This document shows positions 40,495 through 54,424 of a stretch of DNA of 64,000 bases, one piece after another. Source of the stretch: Octopus vulgaris (taxonomy: Eukaryota); NCBI GenBank assembly GCA_951406725.2, contig OX597819.1, positions 46,004,001 through 46,068,000 of the forward strand, written 5' to 3'. Below the pieces are notes generated by a model. That model ran no database searches and was not told the origin of the DNA. It worked only from the letters and a program-made list of their open reading frames with translations. Position numbers and translations under genes: made by a program. Each line of letters starts with the position of its first letter. The stretch's first letter is position 1.

Positions 40495-40542
<48 letters not shown>

Positions 40543-40980
40543 CTGTGTGTGTACATGAATATGAATTTCATAGAAGTACTTTCACTTCCGCCAAGAACAT
40601 CATAAAGCGTATATTTTCTTATACAATTATCCAAACTAACACATTATTTTCACGGCTCGAGGTTCTTCAAATCTCAGGAATTTTCCAGAAGGAAAAAATA
40701 TTGTAGCAGAAAAGAATTTGAAAGAAATCCTAAAACAAGAAATATATAAAGAAATGAATGAAAATATTTAACAACACCTCAGTATGAAAAACTTGTATAA
40801 TTTTACACTAGAATAGAATTTATGTCTGTGAATTGTAATTTTTTTCTATTCAATTCTCTTTGATTCTTTTTTTAAGAACCATTCGTTTCGTTTTTAATAT
40901 GTAAAAGCTGTCTTATATATTAAGAGTAGAATAAAGACGAGTGTAGTGATGTTTATGCCTTTCTGTTAATATATATATAT

Positions 40981-41071
40981 AGGTACAGGATGGGGTGTGT
41001 GGTAAGAATCTTGCTTCCAAACCACATGGTTCCGGGTTCAGTCCTACTGCGTCACCAATGGTTTCGCAATC

Positions 41072-41102
<31 letters not shown>

Positions 41103-41885
41103 TGTATGTATGTATGTATGTATGTATGTATGAATGTATGTATGCATGTATGTATGTATGTATGTATGTATTTATCTATTTATGTAAGAAACCGGATATC
41201 ATAATATACTGTGAAAGAATGAAAGTGGTAAATCTAGCCGAGTTAACGGTTTCTCATGACGATAACATGGACACCGCTCGAACTCGAATGACTGACCGTC
41301 ATGAAAGTTTCCTCGATGGACGTGAAGACGGAGGCTGAAAAGCAGAGCCTTTTCCAATTGAAGTCTCATGTAGCGGATTAGTTGGACACAGTGTGAAGCA
41401 ATTGTTGTTATCGTTAGACCTAACTCACCGTAAAGCAAATATCACCATGAATGATTTCCAAGCTACAGAGGAAAAGCAAGGTACTGGATTCGGTTAAAAA
41501 GAGACCGCGAGCGATGGCTAGAAGAATTTTGAGCTAAATCTGATACCCAGTTGATCAAATAAGAGGGGCCTCATTTCAGTGCGCAATAATGCCACCGAAA
41601 AGTAGGGCCCGAAACGGGTCGCATTCTCTACTGGTGGCTCCATATACTTGTGGGCATCCGATATGCGGAGCTTTCAACCGGTAGCACTCGCAGCTGCAAG
41701 CTGTTTACAAAATATATAAATACATACACATGCGTGTGCGTTTGTGTATATGTTTGTCCCCAACAACCGATTGACAACAGGTGTTGGTGTGCTTAAGTCC
41801 CCATAACTTAGCGTTTCAGCAAAATAGATGGATAGAAATAGTATCAGGCTTCAAAAAACGACAAGAAGTACTGGGTCGATTCGGC
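40981..41885 (+). mobile_element. Family A SINE split by a ~500-bp insertion (about 41200-41708) in its internal microsatellite
   Basis: Head 40981-41055 (ccaaaccacatggttccgggttcagtcc); tail 41740-41885 (gtccccataacttagcg...ctgggtcgattcggcgact). Confidence 0.7.
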
Positions 41886-42169
41886 GACTCGGCAATGCCT
41901 TTCTATGACATACTAATATCGTAAAGGAAAGTGATGTGCTTACCACAAGAATGAAAACGAATCCACATTTCGAAGCCGATAGGTCTGTAGAATTCGTGCT
42001 GGAAGGCATATTAAAGGAAGGGCGATGGAAGAAAAAAATGGATGAAAAGATTTATTTTCAATGAACCCTTCTTCCCTATTAGACAAAATTTCCTTCACGT
42101 CTGAATGAGGTCGATGGGCGAAACTTGAAATCCGAATCAATTGGATCTTTGCTACAATATATATATATA

Positions 42170-42520
42170 TTGTTATATTTCGGAATGATCATTTTGCCAG
42201 TTTAGCCAATAAAAACACGCGCACTATATATTTGGTGTTACTTTGCTTCAGTGTTATTTATTTATTTTTTAGATTAATCTTAATCTTATTTCGGCCAGAG
42301 TTCTTTCGTCACACTCCTGTGACCGCATCAGTGGTCCTTTGTTTTCTTCTTTCTTATTTCTGTCTCTCCTTACTAACCGTCAGCCATTTTGTATTTCTAT
42401 GTTATGTCTTCATTTGCGCATGCTTATATCTCTATGTGCGTCTATGTTTATTTAGTGTGTGTGGGGGATGCCTGTAATATTTGTATCTTCTGTTTATATA
42501 TGTTCATGTAATTTGTTTGT
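42170..42520 (-). mobile_element. Second copy of the 12192 pLTR family (single arm)
   Basis: Near-identical to 12192-12543; hammerhead 42293-42337 has the core variant CUGAUGCG. Confidence 0.8.
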
Positions 42521-42686
42521 GTTTTTGTTTTTGTTGTTGTTTTTGTTTATTCTTATTTTGTTCATGTGTTTGCATCCCTTTATTATTATCATTACATATG
42601 CTTGTATGTATGTATGTATAACAACAATACTAGTAATAATAATAAATAAATAAATAAAAATATATATAGTTATTATATAATATATA

Positions 42687-42725
<39 letters not shown>

Positions 42726-43413
42726 CGTGTGTTTATTCGTTTACTTATTTGAGTGCGGCCATGCTGGAGCACCGCCTTAATGCTGGATTCGCATTTCATT
42801 CATGCGCACTTAGATGCCTGCTGCTGCTGCTGCTTAGTTTAGAGCTCCACGTAGGCTATCGCTAACCAGTAAATTAATATGGTTGTTACTGTATCGTCGG
42901 GAATGTAAGTTCTCGATGTGTGTAACCATAATGCAAGGGAATCCTCTCCTGAAAACGGTTGTGCAGAGGATGCTAAATTCAACAATGATAAAACGTACAG
43001 AGAGAGCAAATGATATAAACTGCATTCGAAACTGCGCGAAAGCCATTCATTGCATTTTGTCATGGAGAAAAATTCTCACTGTTGACAAAAATGTGTAAAC
43101 ACACGAAAGTTAGTGCGGAGTGCCCTCTACTCAGATCCCTGCTTGCAGGAATTTCGGAGTAGTTATGCGCTCTTCAGCATCGACAGGAGAGGTGAAAAAA
43201 CGACAAGAGACAAGACCGAAGTACAGTGACTGGTTGCATTAATCGGTGGTCCACTCGCATTACAATATGGATTAGAAGCTCTACGCATTAATGTATACAA
43301 TTTATCTCCATAATACTGTGAATGGATTTCTCGCTGATTCAAATTTGTGTCAAGCATTTTTGAACACGTAACCACCGTATATTTGTAACCATCTCTGCTT
43401 AGCGCTAGTAAAC

Positions 43414-43573
<160 letters not shown>

Positions 43574-43690
43574 TACATATCTTCTATATAGCAGAAATAA
43601 GAGAGTGACGCAAGTTCCGAGAATTTCATGCGTTGGCACTTACCAAACTCTTTCTACTAAATATTGATAAAAATATACATATACTAATAT

Positions 43691-43803
43691 CATATGGTAG
43701 TCCTGGTTGGGATGAATGCTACAGTATGTCGTACAGCCAGCTGGAGATGATATTTTATGGGGCTAAACAGCAATAACATTCATCCCAATCGGGACCGCCA
43801 TAT
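43691..43803. mobile_element. Short fold-back element related to 23115
   Basis: atatggtagtcctggttgggatgaatg / cattcatcccaatcgggaccgccatat inverted arms. Confidence 0.6.
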
Positions 43804-43919
43804 TGTATTGGCAAATAATGTTTACTTAAAAGTACTGTAACTGATTTAGAAGTTATAGAGTTTTCATACAATTACTCATATTTTGAGTTTTATTTTTCCT
43901 GTTTGTTTCAACATACCTA

Positions 43920-44100
<181 letters not shown>

Positions 44101-44683
44101 GAATCATTTTATGATTATATACATAACTATAAAAAGGGTTCAGCTTACTGCCTCACCAGGCACTACTAGGAAAGAGACGTTGATGTCTTATTTTACTACT
44201 TTAAAATCTCCAAGAATAACACACTTTATATATATATATATATTAAGTGTAAAAAAAATTCAGAGAAATATTCTACCGGTGGCCAGCATGCATAATAAAG
44301 TAAATGGACAACATATTTTTTCAATAGTTACCACTTATTTATTTTTCATTTCCTTTGAAATTACTTTTATCCGTGGTATGGGCTTTAACTGCCCTTTTCA
44401 GCATGTAAGATGTCCTCTTTAGGTCACCTCTTTTGTGTATAAAAATTACACTAATTTATATGTATATATAATCTGAAACAGTCTTTTAATTTTTCCAATA
44501 AATGTGGAAAATCTGAAACACGATGCTCCTTCTTAAGACTGTGTAAGATATTAGTACCATGTATGGTACCGTAAATAGTACCAAATTTGTTGTTATTGTT
44601 TATTCAGATCATATATTCAGTATTCTTCTCTTGTATCCGAACACGCTCACATTTATACCGTCATGTATAAAAATATATAGATA

Positions 44684-45067
44684 CGAGCAACATGCCCCCC
44701 GTCCAATGGACGGTGCTGAGTTGTCAAACATTTAAACCAAATTGTCTCCAAACAACTTGTCCGACCGTCCCATTTTGTGCATTATTTCAAGCCAGCCGGC
44801 TTTTTTGTGCAAACAGCACGAGCATTTTTCTCGCGTACGCGTAGTATCGATCGCAACAGCTGATGTACTTGCGCGTACAAATGCACGTTCCCACGGCTTT
44901 ATTGATCGCATTCTCCCCTAGAATCGATTTTTGTAATTTTTTCATATTTATACACGCCCTAATACCGTCGGTATCTTCATATCAAATTTGAGCGCAATCG
45001 GATGGAGGATACCCGAGATCCTAGAAGACACACACAGAGACAGACAGAACGGATTTTATATAATAGA
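44684..45067 (-). mobile_element. Non-autonomous Helitron
   Basis: Minus strand starts A|TCTATTATATAAA with a (GTCT)n tract and ends with hairpin CCGTCCA-T-TGGACGG followed by CTCG|T (degenerate CTAG). Confidence 0.75.
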
Positions 45068-45347
45068 TGTGTCTTTGAGTGTGTGCCTTCATTTCCGTTG
45101 TAGTAGCTAGCCCTAGAAAAATTCAGATTGAATTGCTCTATAATAAAATTCGTTCAAGTAGTGGCCTTCCGGAGTTATATTTATTCAGGACTTCATATCC
45201 AATTTGGTTCCTGAGTTGATTTCTTTGTAACCATGGTGTGATTTGAGGGAGATCGTGATGCTCTTTCTAGCATGCAAACACTCCTTCTTTGGCTAGCCAA
45301 GCCAAATGTTCTTGTGTATGTGTGTATATGTGTGCTTGTGTGTGTGC

Positions 45348-45389
<42 letters not shown>

Positions 45390-45760
45390 TACTATGTCTG
45401 GATGGCATTTGTGAGTGTGTATGTGTATGCAGAAATCGTTTTGTATTTCACTTTTAAATTTGCTAAAAAGCTGGCGTATTGCAAAACAAACAAGACAGGA
45501 TTACTGTTTGTTTCCATTTATTGTTTAATAACATATATTGGCAGCTTTTCGGCCAAATAACTTCTTAACATCAATCTGATCAATAACAAATATAGCAATG
45601 TGACGTGTGGAATGTGAAGCCAGGAAAACAAACATACTTTTATGGAAGATATGCTATAAAACACATGCATATATGTGTCAATATGTATGCGCATATGTAT
45701 GTGGATATATATATATATATACATACATACATTCACACACATGCATATTTATATACGATA

Positions 45761-45816
<56 letters not shown>

Positions 45817-45823
45817 TACATAT

Positions 45824-45876
<53 letters not shown>

Positions 45877-46042
45877 CACACACACATTTATATACGATGT
45901 AAACATGTATGTATATATATATATGTGTTTGTGTGTGGGTGTGTGTGTATGTATGTATATATATGACTGCATAGACATATGCGTGTAATTCTTAGTGCGT
46001 ATATATATATATATATATATACATACATACACACACACACAC

Positions 46043-46114
<72 letters not shown>

Positions 46115-46369
46115 ACATATATATATTACATGCGCATATTTTCTTTCTGTTTGTGTGTGTAGGTGTGAATATGTGTTAAGTCACTTGACCTTAGACTGTG
46201 TTATTGCAATTGAAACAAATTACACCATCGGAAAGTCAGTCACGTTGGCTATTTAATAATAAGAAAAATAGCTGTTACACTCGCAAAAACTAATTCCTAT
46301 GCATATCCTCTCTACTCAAGACACATCAGTTGGGATTAGTTGTTAACATCAAATCTTGTGCTCAGACTT

Positions 46370-46738
46370 GTATGTATTTTGTCGATTCCGGCGGGAATAA
46401 AGGAAAAGTCAACCACGGCAGAATTTGAACTCCGAACAAAATGCTAGCAGAAGCGCTGCTGATCAGTTTGTCTGACATGCTAACGATTCTTCTACATTGC
46501 AGCCTTGGTATACATGAGTATTAATACTGCTATTATATTTTGGCACCAGGCCAGTAATTCTGCAGGAGGGGTAAGTCGAGAACATCGACCCCAATACTCA
46601 ACTGTTACTTATTTAATCGACACTGATAAAATGAAAGTAACGTCGACTCTAGTGCTATTTGAACTCAGGATGTAAAGATGTACGAAATATCTCTAACGAT
46701 TTTCCCGGTCTGTTGACGACTCTGCCAGCTCACCGCCA
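46370..46738 (-). mobile_element. Two diverged family B SINEs in tandem
   Basis: aatttgaactc motifs near 46420 and 46657; head ctgccagctcaccgcc ends near 46737. Confidence 0.75.
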
Positions 46739-46771
46739 TTATCTGTGTATTAATATTAGAGAAATATCATA

Positions 46772-47352
46772 GGCGGCGAGCTGGCAGAAACGTTAGCACG
46801 CCAGGCGAAATGCTCAGCAGTATTTCGTCTGCCGTTACGTTCTGAGTTCAAATTCCGCCGAGGTCGACTTTGCCGTTCATCTTTTCGGGGTCGATAAATT
46901 AAGTACCAATTACATACTGGGGTCGATATAATCGACTTAATCCGTTTGTCTGTCTTTGTTTGTCCCCTCTGTGTTTAGCCCCTTGTGGGTAGTAAAGAAA
47001 TAGGTATTTAGTCCGTCTATAACTTTCTGAATTCAAATTCCGCCGAGGTCGACTTTGCCTTTCCGCCTTTCGGGGTCGATAAATTAAGTACCAGTTACGC
47101 ACTGGGGTCGATGTAATCGATTTAATCCGATTGTCTAGCCTTGTTTGTCCCCTCTCTGTTTAGCCCCTTCTGGGTAGTAAAGAAATAGGTATTTCGTCCG
47201 TCTTAACCTTCTGAGTTCAAATTCCGCCGAGGTCGACTTTGCCTTTCATCCTCTCGGAATCGATAAATTAAGTAGCAGTTGCGTACTGGGGTCGATATAA
47301 TCGACTGGAACTCTCCCTAAAATTTCAGGCCTTGTGCCTTGCGTAGGAATGT
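46772..47352 (+). mobile_element. Family B SINE trimer flanked by one TSD
   Basis: Units repeat at 46820, 47004 and 47189; TSD atattagaga(a/c)a(t/c)atcata at 46753-46771 and 47353-47371. Confidence 0.88.
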
Positions 47353-47371
47353 ATATTAGAGACACATCATA

Positions 47372-47572
47372 GGCACCGATTTAGCAGAAACGATATCACA
47401 CAGGGAAAAATTCTTCGCGACATTACGTTCTGAATTCAAATTCCACCAGAGACGACTGTTCCTTTTATCATTTCGGAGTCGATGAAATATGTACCAGTTG
47501 AACATTGGGGTCGATGTAAATGACTCACTCCGTCCTCCAAAGTTGCTGGCCTTGTGCCAAAGCTTGAAATCG
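47372..47572 (+). mobile_element. Older family B SINE
   Basis: Diverged head ggcaccgatttagcagaaacg and Nin-like core. Confidence 0.75.
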
Positions 47573-47925
47573 ATAGTAAAGAAACGTCAATGAAGAATCA
47601 TAACGATTCGCTGAGCAAAGAGTTTTCTGACATAGAAATTAGTAGCTTATAAGAAATTACATTTTACCACCCGAAATAAGGATCTCATCATTAAGGCACC
47701 CCACTCCCCACACACAAAAAAAACTTCGTGAAGAGAACGCTTTAATTATGCAGAACACTTTCCTTGGGCTCGTATATAACGCTTTAGTGTATTTGGCACA
47801 ATGACTCAGCTTTACGCTGATCGCTGTCCGTGTTGTAGCACCTTCAAGCATGTCGATTAGGTGTTTTGTGAAAACAGAAAAAGATGACATGATATTAAAT
47901 TATCTTTAATATAAGCATAACAGGA

Positions 47926-48268
47926 AGGCCACGAGCTGGCAGAAGTGTTAGCACACCGGGCGTTCGTCTGTCTTTAGGTTCTGAGCTCTAATTCCACCGA
48001 GGTCTACTTTGCCTTTCATCCTTTTGGGGTCGATAACTTAAGTACCAGTTACGCACTGGGGTCGATGTAATCGACTTAATCCCTTTGTCTATCCTTGTTT
48101 GTCCCCTCTATGTTTAGCCCCTTGTTGGCAATAAATAAATAAGAATCGTTAGCACGCTGGGCCAAATGCTTAGCGATATTTCGTCTGTCTTTACGTTCTG
48201 AGTTCAAATTCCACCGAGGTCGACTTTGTCTTTCATCATTTCGGGGTCGATAAATTAACTACCATTTG
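47926..48268 (+). mobile_element. Family B SINE dimer (second unit truncated)
   Basis: Two gagttcaaattcc/gcctttcatc cores in tandem. Confidence 0.82.
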
Positions 48269-48297
48269 CGTACATCTTCAAAACTGCTCCCCTATAC

Positions 48298-48685
48298 GCA
48301 CAGGCGTGGCTTCGTCGTAAGAACTTTGCTTCCCAACCAAATGGTTGCCGGTTCAGTTCCATTGCATGACACCTTGAGCACATGTCTCCCACTAAAGCTA
48401 CGAATCCACCAAACCCTTGTAAGTCGACTGGGTACAGAGAAATTGAAATTTATATTGTGTGCGCGCGTGTGTCTGCGACTGTGTGTCTGTCTTTGTGTTT
48501 GCGTTTGTCATTCACCGGTGCTTGACAATTGGTGCTAGTTTGTTTACGTCTCCATAAGTTAAAGGTTCGGCGAAAGATTTCCAAAGAATAAGTACCCTTC
48601 TTTAAAACAAGAAATTCTGGGGTCGATTCGTTCAACTAAAATCCTTCAAGTTGATGCCCCAGCATGATTGAAACAAGTAAAAGGA
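48298..48685 (+). mobile_element. Family A SINE, diverged
   Basis: Head gcacaggcgtggct, tail gaaacaagtaaaag. Confidence 0.75.
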
Positions 48686-48757
48686 ATAGATAAATGTTTC
48701 TAAATATCATGTATCATGGAGTATATTCTAGAACGGATGTTTCCTGAATGTATGAAA

Positions 48758-49132
48758 TCTCTCTCTATATAAACGGCAGTTTGTCTGTGCGTGTTTCTGT
48801 GTGTCTGTTTGCTTGTACCCTCACCCTGACCACGGCTTTCAACCGATTCTGATGAAATTTGACACACACATAGCCCAATGTCATAATTCAAAACAAACGC
48901 AGCGAAAATTTTGAAAAGTTCCCCCAGTTCTGAAAAAAATCGATAAATTCGACATGGGGTCGAGAATCAGGAATACGAACCACAAACTGTCTAGGGGACG
49001 CAACTCTACCTTTTTTAAATCTCAAAAAAAAATTTACCATCATTTTTTTGCTATTTTTTGGCTATAACTCTCTAAAAATGCTTTATAGTTATTTCCCTTA
49101 CAAACCTGAGCAACGCCGGGCGATACTGCTAG
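48758..49132 (+). mobile_element. Non-autonomous Helitron
   Basis: Inserted between A and T; 5' TC..TATATAAA, (GTCT/GT)n tract, aaccgattctgatgaaattt; 3' hairpin cctgagcaacgccggg then CTAG. Confidence 0.88.
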
Positions 49133-49139
49133 TATGATA

Positions 49140-50230
49140 TAATTTTGCCTTTTATGTTGTTTTGGATTTCTATGGATCTGTGAACTTTCGGTAATCCATA
49201 CAGATTGCTGGTTTTCATTTCGAAGTTGGATAAGTAACTTATTTCCTTTAGCGAGAGGTTATTTTCGTACTTTGTCGTCAGTATACCTACTTGAATCATT
49301 GAATTTATTTCTTCGCATTGGTTGATTTTCCTGTAAAACCCCTCGTCATATCTTTCTAGTGGATTTTGTCCATGATGACGATTGCCCCGCCTTTGTCAGT
49401 TTGTTTTATGATTATTGAGGATTCTTTTTGTAGTTTGTTTAGTGCTAAAAGAACAGTTGGTCTGTAGTGATGTTGGGTATGTGTTTCGTCTCTGCAATAT
49501 TGGACTGTGTCGATCGTCGTATGCAGGTTATGTATTCTTCCCGGTGTCTGTCTCTATTTAGCGAGGACTTGAAGTTCCTTTTGAATCTTCCTCGTATTCT
49601 CCACTCTGGAAGAATTCTTCTAGAAGTGATTTTCGACAAGAATCTTCTGTGTCTTTTATAAGATCGGCTTGATCTGCTTTTGGGGTGGGTATGAACATCA
49701 ATCCATTCTCTAACAGCTTTATTTCCTACAGTGTTAATTTCTTGACCGATATTTTGATTATTTTTGGTGCCTGTGGGTTTTCCTCGTTAAGCGTGACTTC
49801 AAGGGTGGTGTTTTCTTCTTTTTTTTCTTTAATTTGATGGGAGGTACATTTTCCTCAAAAAGTATTTCCATTTGGGAGAGCGACGTTTCTGTTATGAAAT
49901 GTTCCATTCGCTGGAATTTCATGTTGATCATTGTCGGAACAGTAGAATTACGGCTGGTGGTTATTCTTTCGTTCCGTTCGTTCTTCATGTATCTTTGATT
50001 TTGTCTATGTTAATTGTTCTTGGGCTTTTATTGTTAGTTGTATCTGGTTCTGGTTCTGCTGTTTGGTATTATATGTTTGGGATTCTCCGATCTCTGGTTG
50101 AATTTTATTTCTTGCGTGAGAATTCTTCATTTCTTGTGTTTTTTTCATTTTCTCAAGTTCAAGGGCTTCTTATGGGTTTTTTATCTGGGTTTTTTGTGTG
50201 CATGTATATATTTAGGGAAGTAAATACTTG
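49140..50230 (-). pseudogene. Penelope-like element N-terminal ORF relic
   Basis: Minus strand ALNKLQKESSIIIKQTDKGGAIVIMDK (PLE DKG motif); multiple stops and frameshifts. Confidence 0.8.
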
Positions 50231-50284
50231 AGCTAGCATGATCTCCCACACACACACACACACACACGCACATACACACATATG

Positions 50285-50339
<55 letters not shown>

Positions 50340-50346
50340 TATATAT

Positions 50347-50525
50347 ATTGGAAGGTTTGGAGATGATGTACAGGTATTATATATTAGAAGAAATGAGGTT
50401 CTCAGAAGATCGGATGGTTTATATTTACAGATATTTATTTATATATTACATTTTAAATATATATATCATATCACTTAGATCATTAGCGCTTTCTCCCATT
50501 CTAGTGGGGTTTTCAAATCAAACTA
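50347..50525 (-). mobile_element. PLE pLTR relic with decayed hammerhead
   Basis: Minus strand GAU-UUGAAAA-CCCCA(CUAGAA)UGGGA-GAAA-GCGC-UA-AUGAUC. Confidence 0.55.
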
Positions 50526-50574
50526 ATATATATATATATATATATACTCTTCGCAACCAGAGAGTTAGTTTGAA

Positions 50575-50732
50575 TTACATCCCTGTAACTTAGCGGTTTG
50601 GTAAAAGTGACCGATAAGATAAAATGCCTGCCTTCAAAAGAAGATAAGAACTCGTGTCAATTTTTTCGATAAACTCATTAAGGCGGTGTCCCAGCATGAC
50701 CGCCATCCAATGCCGAAAACAAGTAAAGAAAA
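50575..50732 (+). mobile_element. Family A SINE 3' fragment
   Basis: ccctgtaacttagcggttt...aaggcggtgtcccagcatg...aacaagtaaag. Confidence 0.7.
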
Positions 50733-51525
50733 CAGATAAGTCTCATAGAGAGCATAAGTACTTCAATGTATTTCTTTCACAGCTCTACTTTCTCGTGTAT
50801 TGACGATGTTGTAATATCAATATACACAATAGATATATAAGTCTGACTGTATAAGTCCCAGCGTTTCTGTACATGCTTTTCTCTATATGTTATTTTCTGT
50901 GGCTGTGTGAAGTTATCTTTAACCAAGTGATGCCAAATCTGGCGTTGCTGAAATATTCCCTGCATGGTTCCTACGGCAATCCGACCTTCCTACGTTATCA
51001 GATCATATCATCAAAAGGTTTTACCTCCTTAGAAAAAAAAGAGCCTGGGGAATTTTTGGTAAGTAGTCCAAGACTACCAGCCCTCGAATTTTGTGTAGCT
51101 CAGAGCTGCTATTTCAAACCCTCACATTTGATGAGGCCACATATCAAGAACCATAGATGAAGACACAAATGTATACACTCGCCTACACATGTAACACGCA
51201 TATACACATAAGCACATAAGTATCTGCACATATGTATGTATATATTTATATATCGATTTACACACATACGCATATGTGTAAATATCTATGTGTGTCTGTG
51301 TGTATTTGTATGCCTTTCTGCGTATTTCTCTTTCTTTACTTAAATGGTTATAAATATATACATAAATACATACATGTACACATATACATACGTGCATACA
51401 TACATATACACACGTAAATAATACTACATATATACTCGCATACACACTACGTACATACATACATGCTTGAATATATGCATGCATTCATACATACACACAG
51501 ACACACACGTACGTGCATACATACA

Positions 51526-51561
<36 letters not shown>

Positions 51562-52716
51562 TACACATACATACCTGCATATATGCATGCATACACACGT
51601 ATATACATAAATACTTGCAAACATAATTACACACATACATCCATTTATACATACATGTGTACGTTTCTGTGAATCTCATATATGCATACACAGAGAAAAG
51701 GTGATGAGATGATGGCAAGATCGAAGATGAAAATGTAGACGATAAATAAGAAAAAGATGAAGATAGAACGATGCAGAAGTAAAAGAAACCAACGATGACC
51801 AACACGAAAAGTATAAAGCGAATTAATAAACGATGATAAAGACAAATACTATGAATAAAGTAAAAAGACAAAATATGAAGATACAAGAAAAATCAGCAAC
51901 AACAACATTAACCACAACAGAAGCATAAAAACAAGAAATAGAAGAAATATAATTGTGTGCTCAGAAAATTATACGGAACTACGAAGCAACCATGATAAAA
52001 CAAAACATCGGATGAGAAAATGGCAGCATCGCTGATAAAGGTAGCAACGGGAGATTGCTGACAGATAGCAGGCGGCAAGATCCTTGTTGTCAGTGATGTG
52101 GTCGATGGAAGAAAGAAAATGTGAAAAAGAATAGTAAAAAATATCGAAAAGAGTGATTTCTGAACGGTAATGAATACAACCAGCAAGGACATTCGAAACG
52201 ATTGTCCGGTTTTAGCTACATACCTTAAGGCTAGACGCCTGAATACGTCTAATTAAATAAGCTAAACGAAACCACGTGAGTTGAATTTCGTCAGGAATGA
52301 TAACGTTAATCTCATACTATGTCTATGATAAACAATTCTGAATCCTTTTTCTTCCCGTTTAACCTAAGTAAAAACACGAAAAAAATTAGAAGGAAATCCA
52401 AATGTCTACGTACGGAAACATATTCCGAAATATCCTTTGTGAACACACTATTTCTTCCATCTCTCCATCTCAAAACCCCACATCGTTTCATTGTTCTTTC
52501 ATCCAGTAACCTACCGGATGATCAGTCTGACCACCCACTTTTTATTTCATTTATATCATCTTCTTTGCTCATCTTCCACCTAAAGAGCCTCCAGGTAGTG
52601 AACCTTGCTGTTTACCAAGGGCAAAAAATTGCAAATATAAGAGAAGATACGAAGGAGTAGAAAGGCATATTTGGTGGTTGAAGTTATGTAGCGTCACTAT
52701 TACAAATATATATAAG

Positions 52717-53655
52717 CCGGTGAGCTGGCAGAATCGTTAACATGCGAGACAGTCCATTAATACTTTCTGAGTTCAACATCCGCCGAGCTCTACTTTGCCT
52801 TTCATCCTTTCGAATTCTATAAAATAAGGACTAGTTGAACACTGGTGTCGAAATAATTGGCTTACCTCCTCCCTCGAAACTTATGGATTTGTACCAAAAT
52901 TTGAAACGAACATTACAAGTTCATATAAGGCAACGGGTTGGCAAAAACGTTAGCAAGCCGACATTTAAGGCGGCGGGCTGGCAGAAACGTTAACACGCCG
53001 GGTGAAATGCTTAGCGTTTCGTCTGCCGTTACGTTCTGAGTTCAAATTCCGCAGAGGTCGACATTGCCTTTCATCCTTTCGGGGTCGATTAAATAAGTAC
53101 CAGTTACGCACTGGGGTCGATATAATCGACTTAATCCCTTTATCTGTCCTTGTTTGTCTCTTCTGTGTTTAGCCCCTTGTGGGTAGTAAAGGAATAGGTA
53201 TTTCGTCTGCCGTTATGTTCTGAGTTCAAATTCCGCCGAGGTCGACTTTGCCTTTCATCCTTTCAGAGGTCGATAAATTAAGTATCAGTTACGCACTGTG
53301 GTCGATGTAATCTCGACTTAATCCCTTTGTCTGTCCTTGTTTGTCTCCTCTAAGTTTAGCTCCTTATAGGCAATAAAGAAATAACAAGCGTTAGCACGCA
53401 GGGCAAAAGCTTAGCATATAAGGTGGTGATCTAGCAGAGTCGTTACCGTTCCAGGAAAAATGCTTAGCGTCATTTCTTCCGACTTTATATTCTGAGTTCA
53501 AATTCCCCCGAGGTCGCCTTTGCATTTCATCCTTTTGGGGTCGATGAATGAAATAAATGCCTGTTGAACACTGGGGTTGATGTAATAGACTTACTCCACC
53601 TCCCTCCCTCCCTTCCCCCGAAATTACTGGCCTGCTGCCAAAATGTTAAACCAAT
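52717..53655 (+). mobile_element. Cluster of family B SINEs: monomer, partial head, dimer, monomer
   Basis: Four Nin-like cores; the dimer junction aatag|gtatttcgtc at 53198 is the same as in the 46772 trimer. Confidence 0.85.
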
Positions 53656-53974
53656 TTTACAAATTTATATGTATGCAGCGTATATCATGTTAATGGTTCA
53701 ATGGTTTTTCAAGGTTAACACTGGGTTTTGTTTTTCTTCTTTCTTTTTTTTTTGTATAGACCTTCTAGAACTTTGCCAATGGTTATAAATTTCATTGTTT
53801 GCAAAATTTGCCTGCAGTCGAGGGATTTTCCACCGACCCCGCTACTCTACGAGGGAGATACATGGAAACGTGCAAGAAATAGAAACCAAATCTTTAAACC
53901 AAAAGATATCGTATTAAGAGGTCCCACACAATAATTTGATTCTATACACAATATGCATCTTTTATGTTTTATCT

Positions 53975-54245
53975 CTTACTTATTTCAGTCATTAGACAGC
54001 AGCCATGCAGGGCTTCAACAAGGAGAGCATTTTAGTTCAATGTATCAACCCCAGAATTTATTTTATTTAAAGTCTGGTACGAAAGTTCTCGGTCTCTTGT
54101 GACAAACCGCTAATTTACAAGAATGTAAGCACCACAACACGGGTTGTCAAGTGGTGGTAGGCGCCAAACACAGGTAGAAATTACGTACGCACACACACAC
54201 ACATACACACACACACACACACACAAGCATAGACACACACACACA
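53975..54245 (-). mobile_element. Family A SINE 3' half, diverged
   Basis: ttcagtcattagac...accgctaatttac...gttgtcaag. Confidence 0.65.
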
Positions 54246-54424
54246 TATATATAGTTAATTTATATTATTTAATTTTTTTCGGGATAATAATCTTCGTCCT
54301 GTTGTGTGTGAAATCTTAGAGGTAGTTGTTGACCAAATATACATATATACATTTCTCCAATGTCAAGAGATGATGGGGGAACAAACACGGACACACAAAC
54401 TTTATACACACACACACATATATG

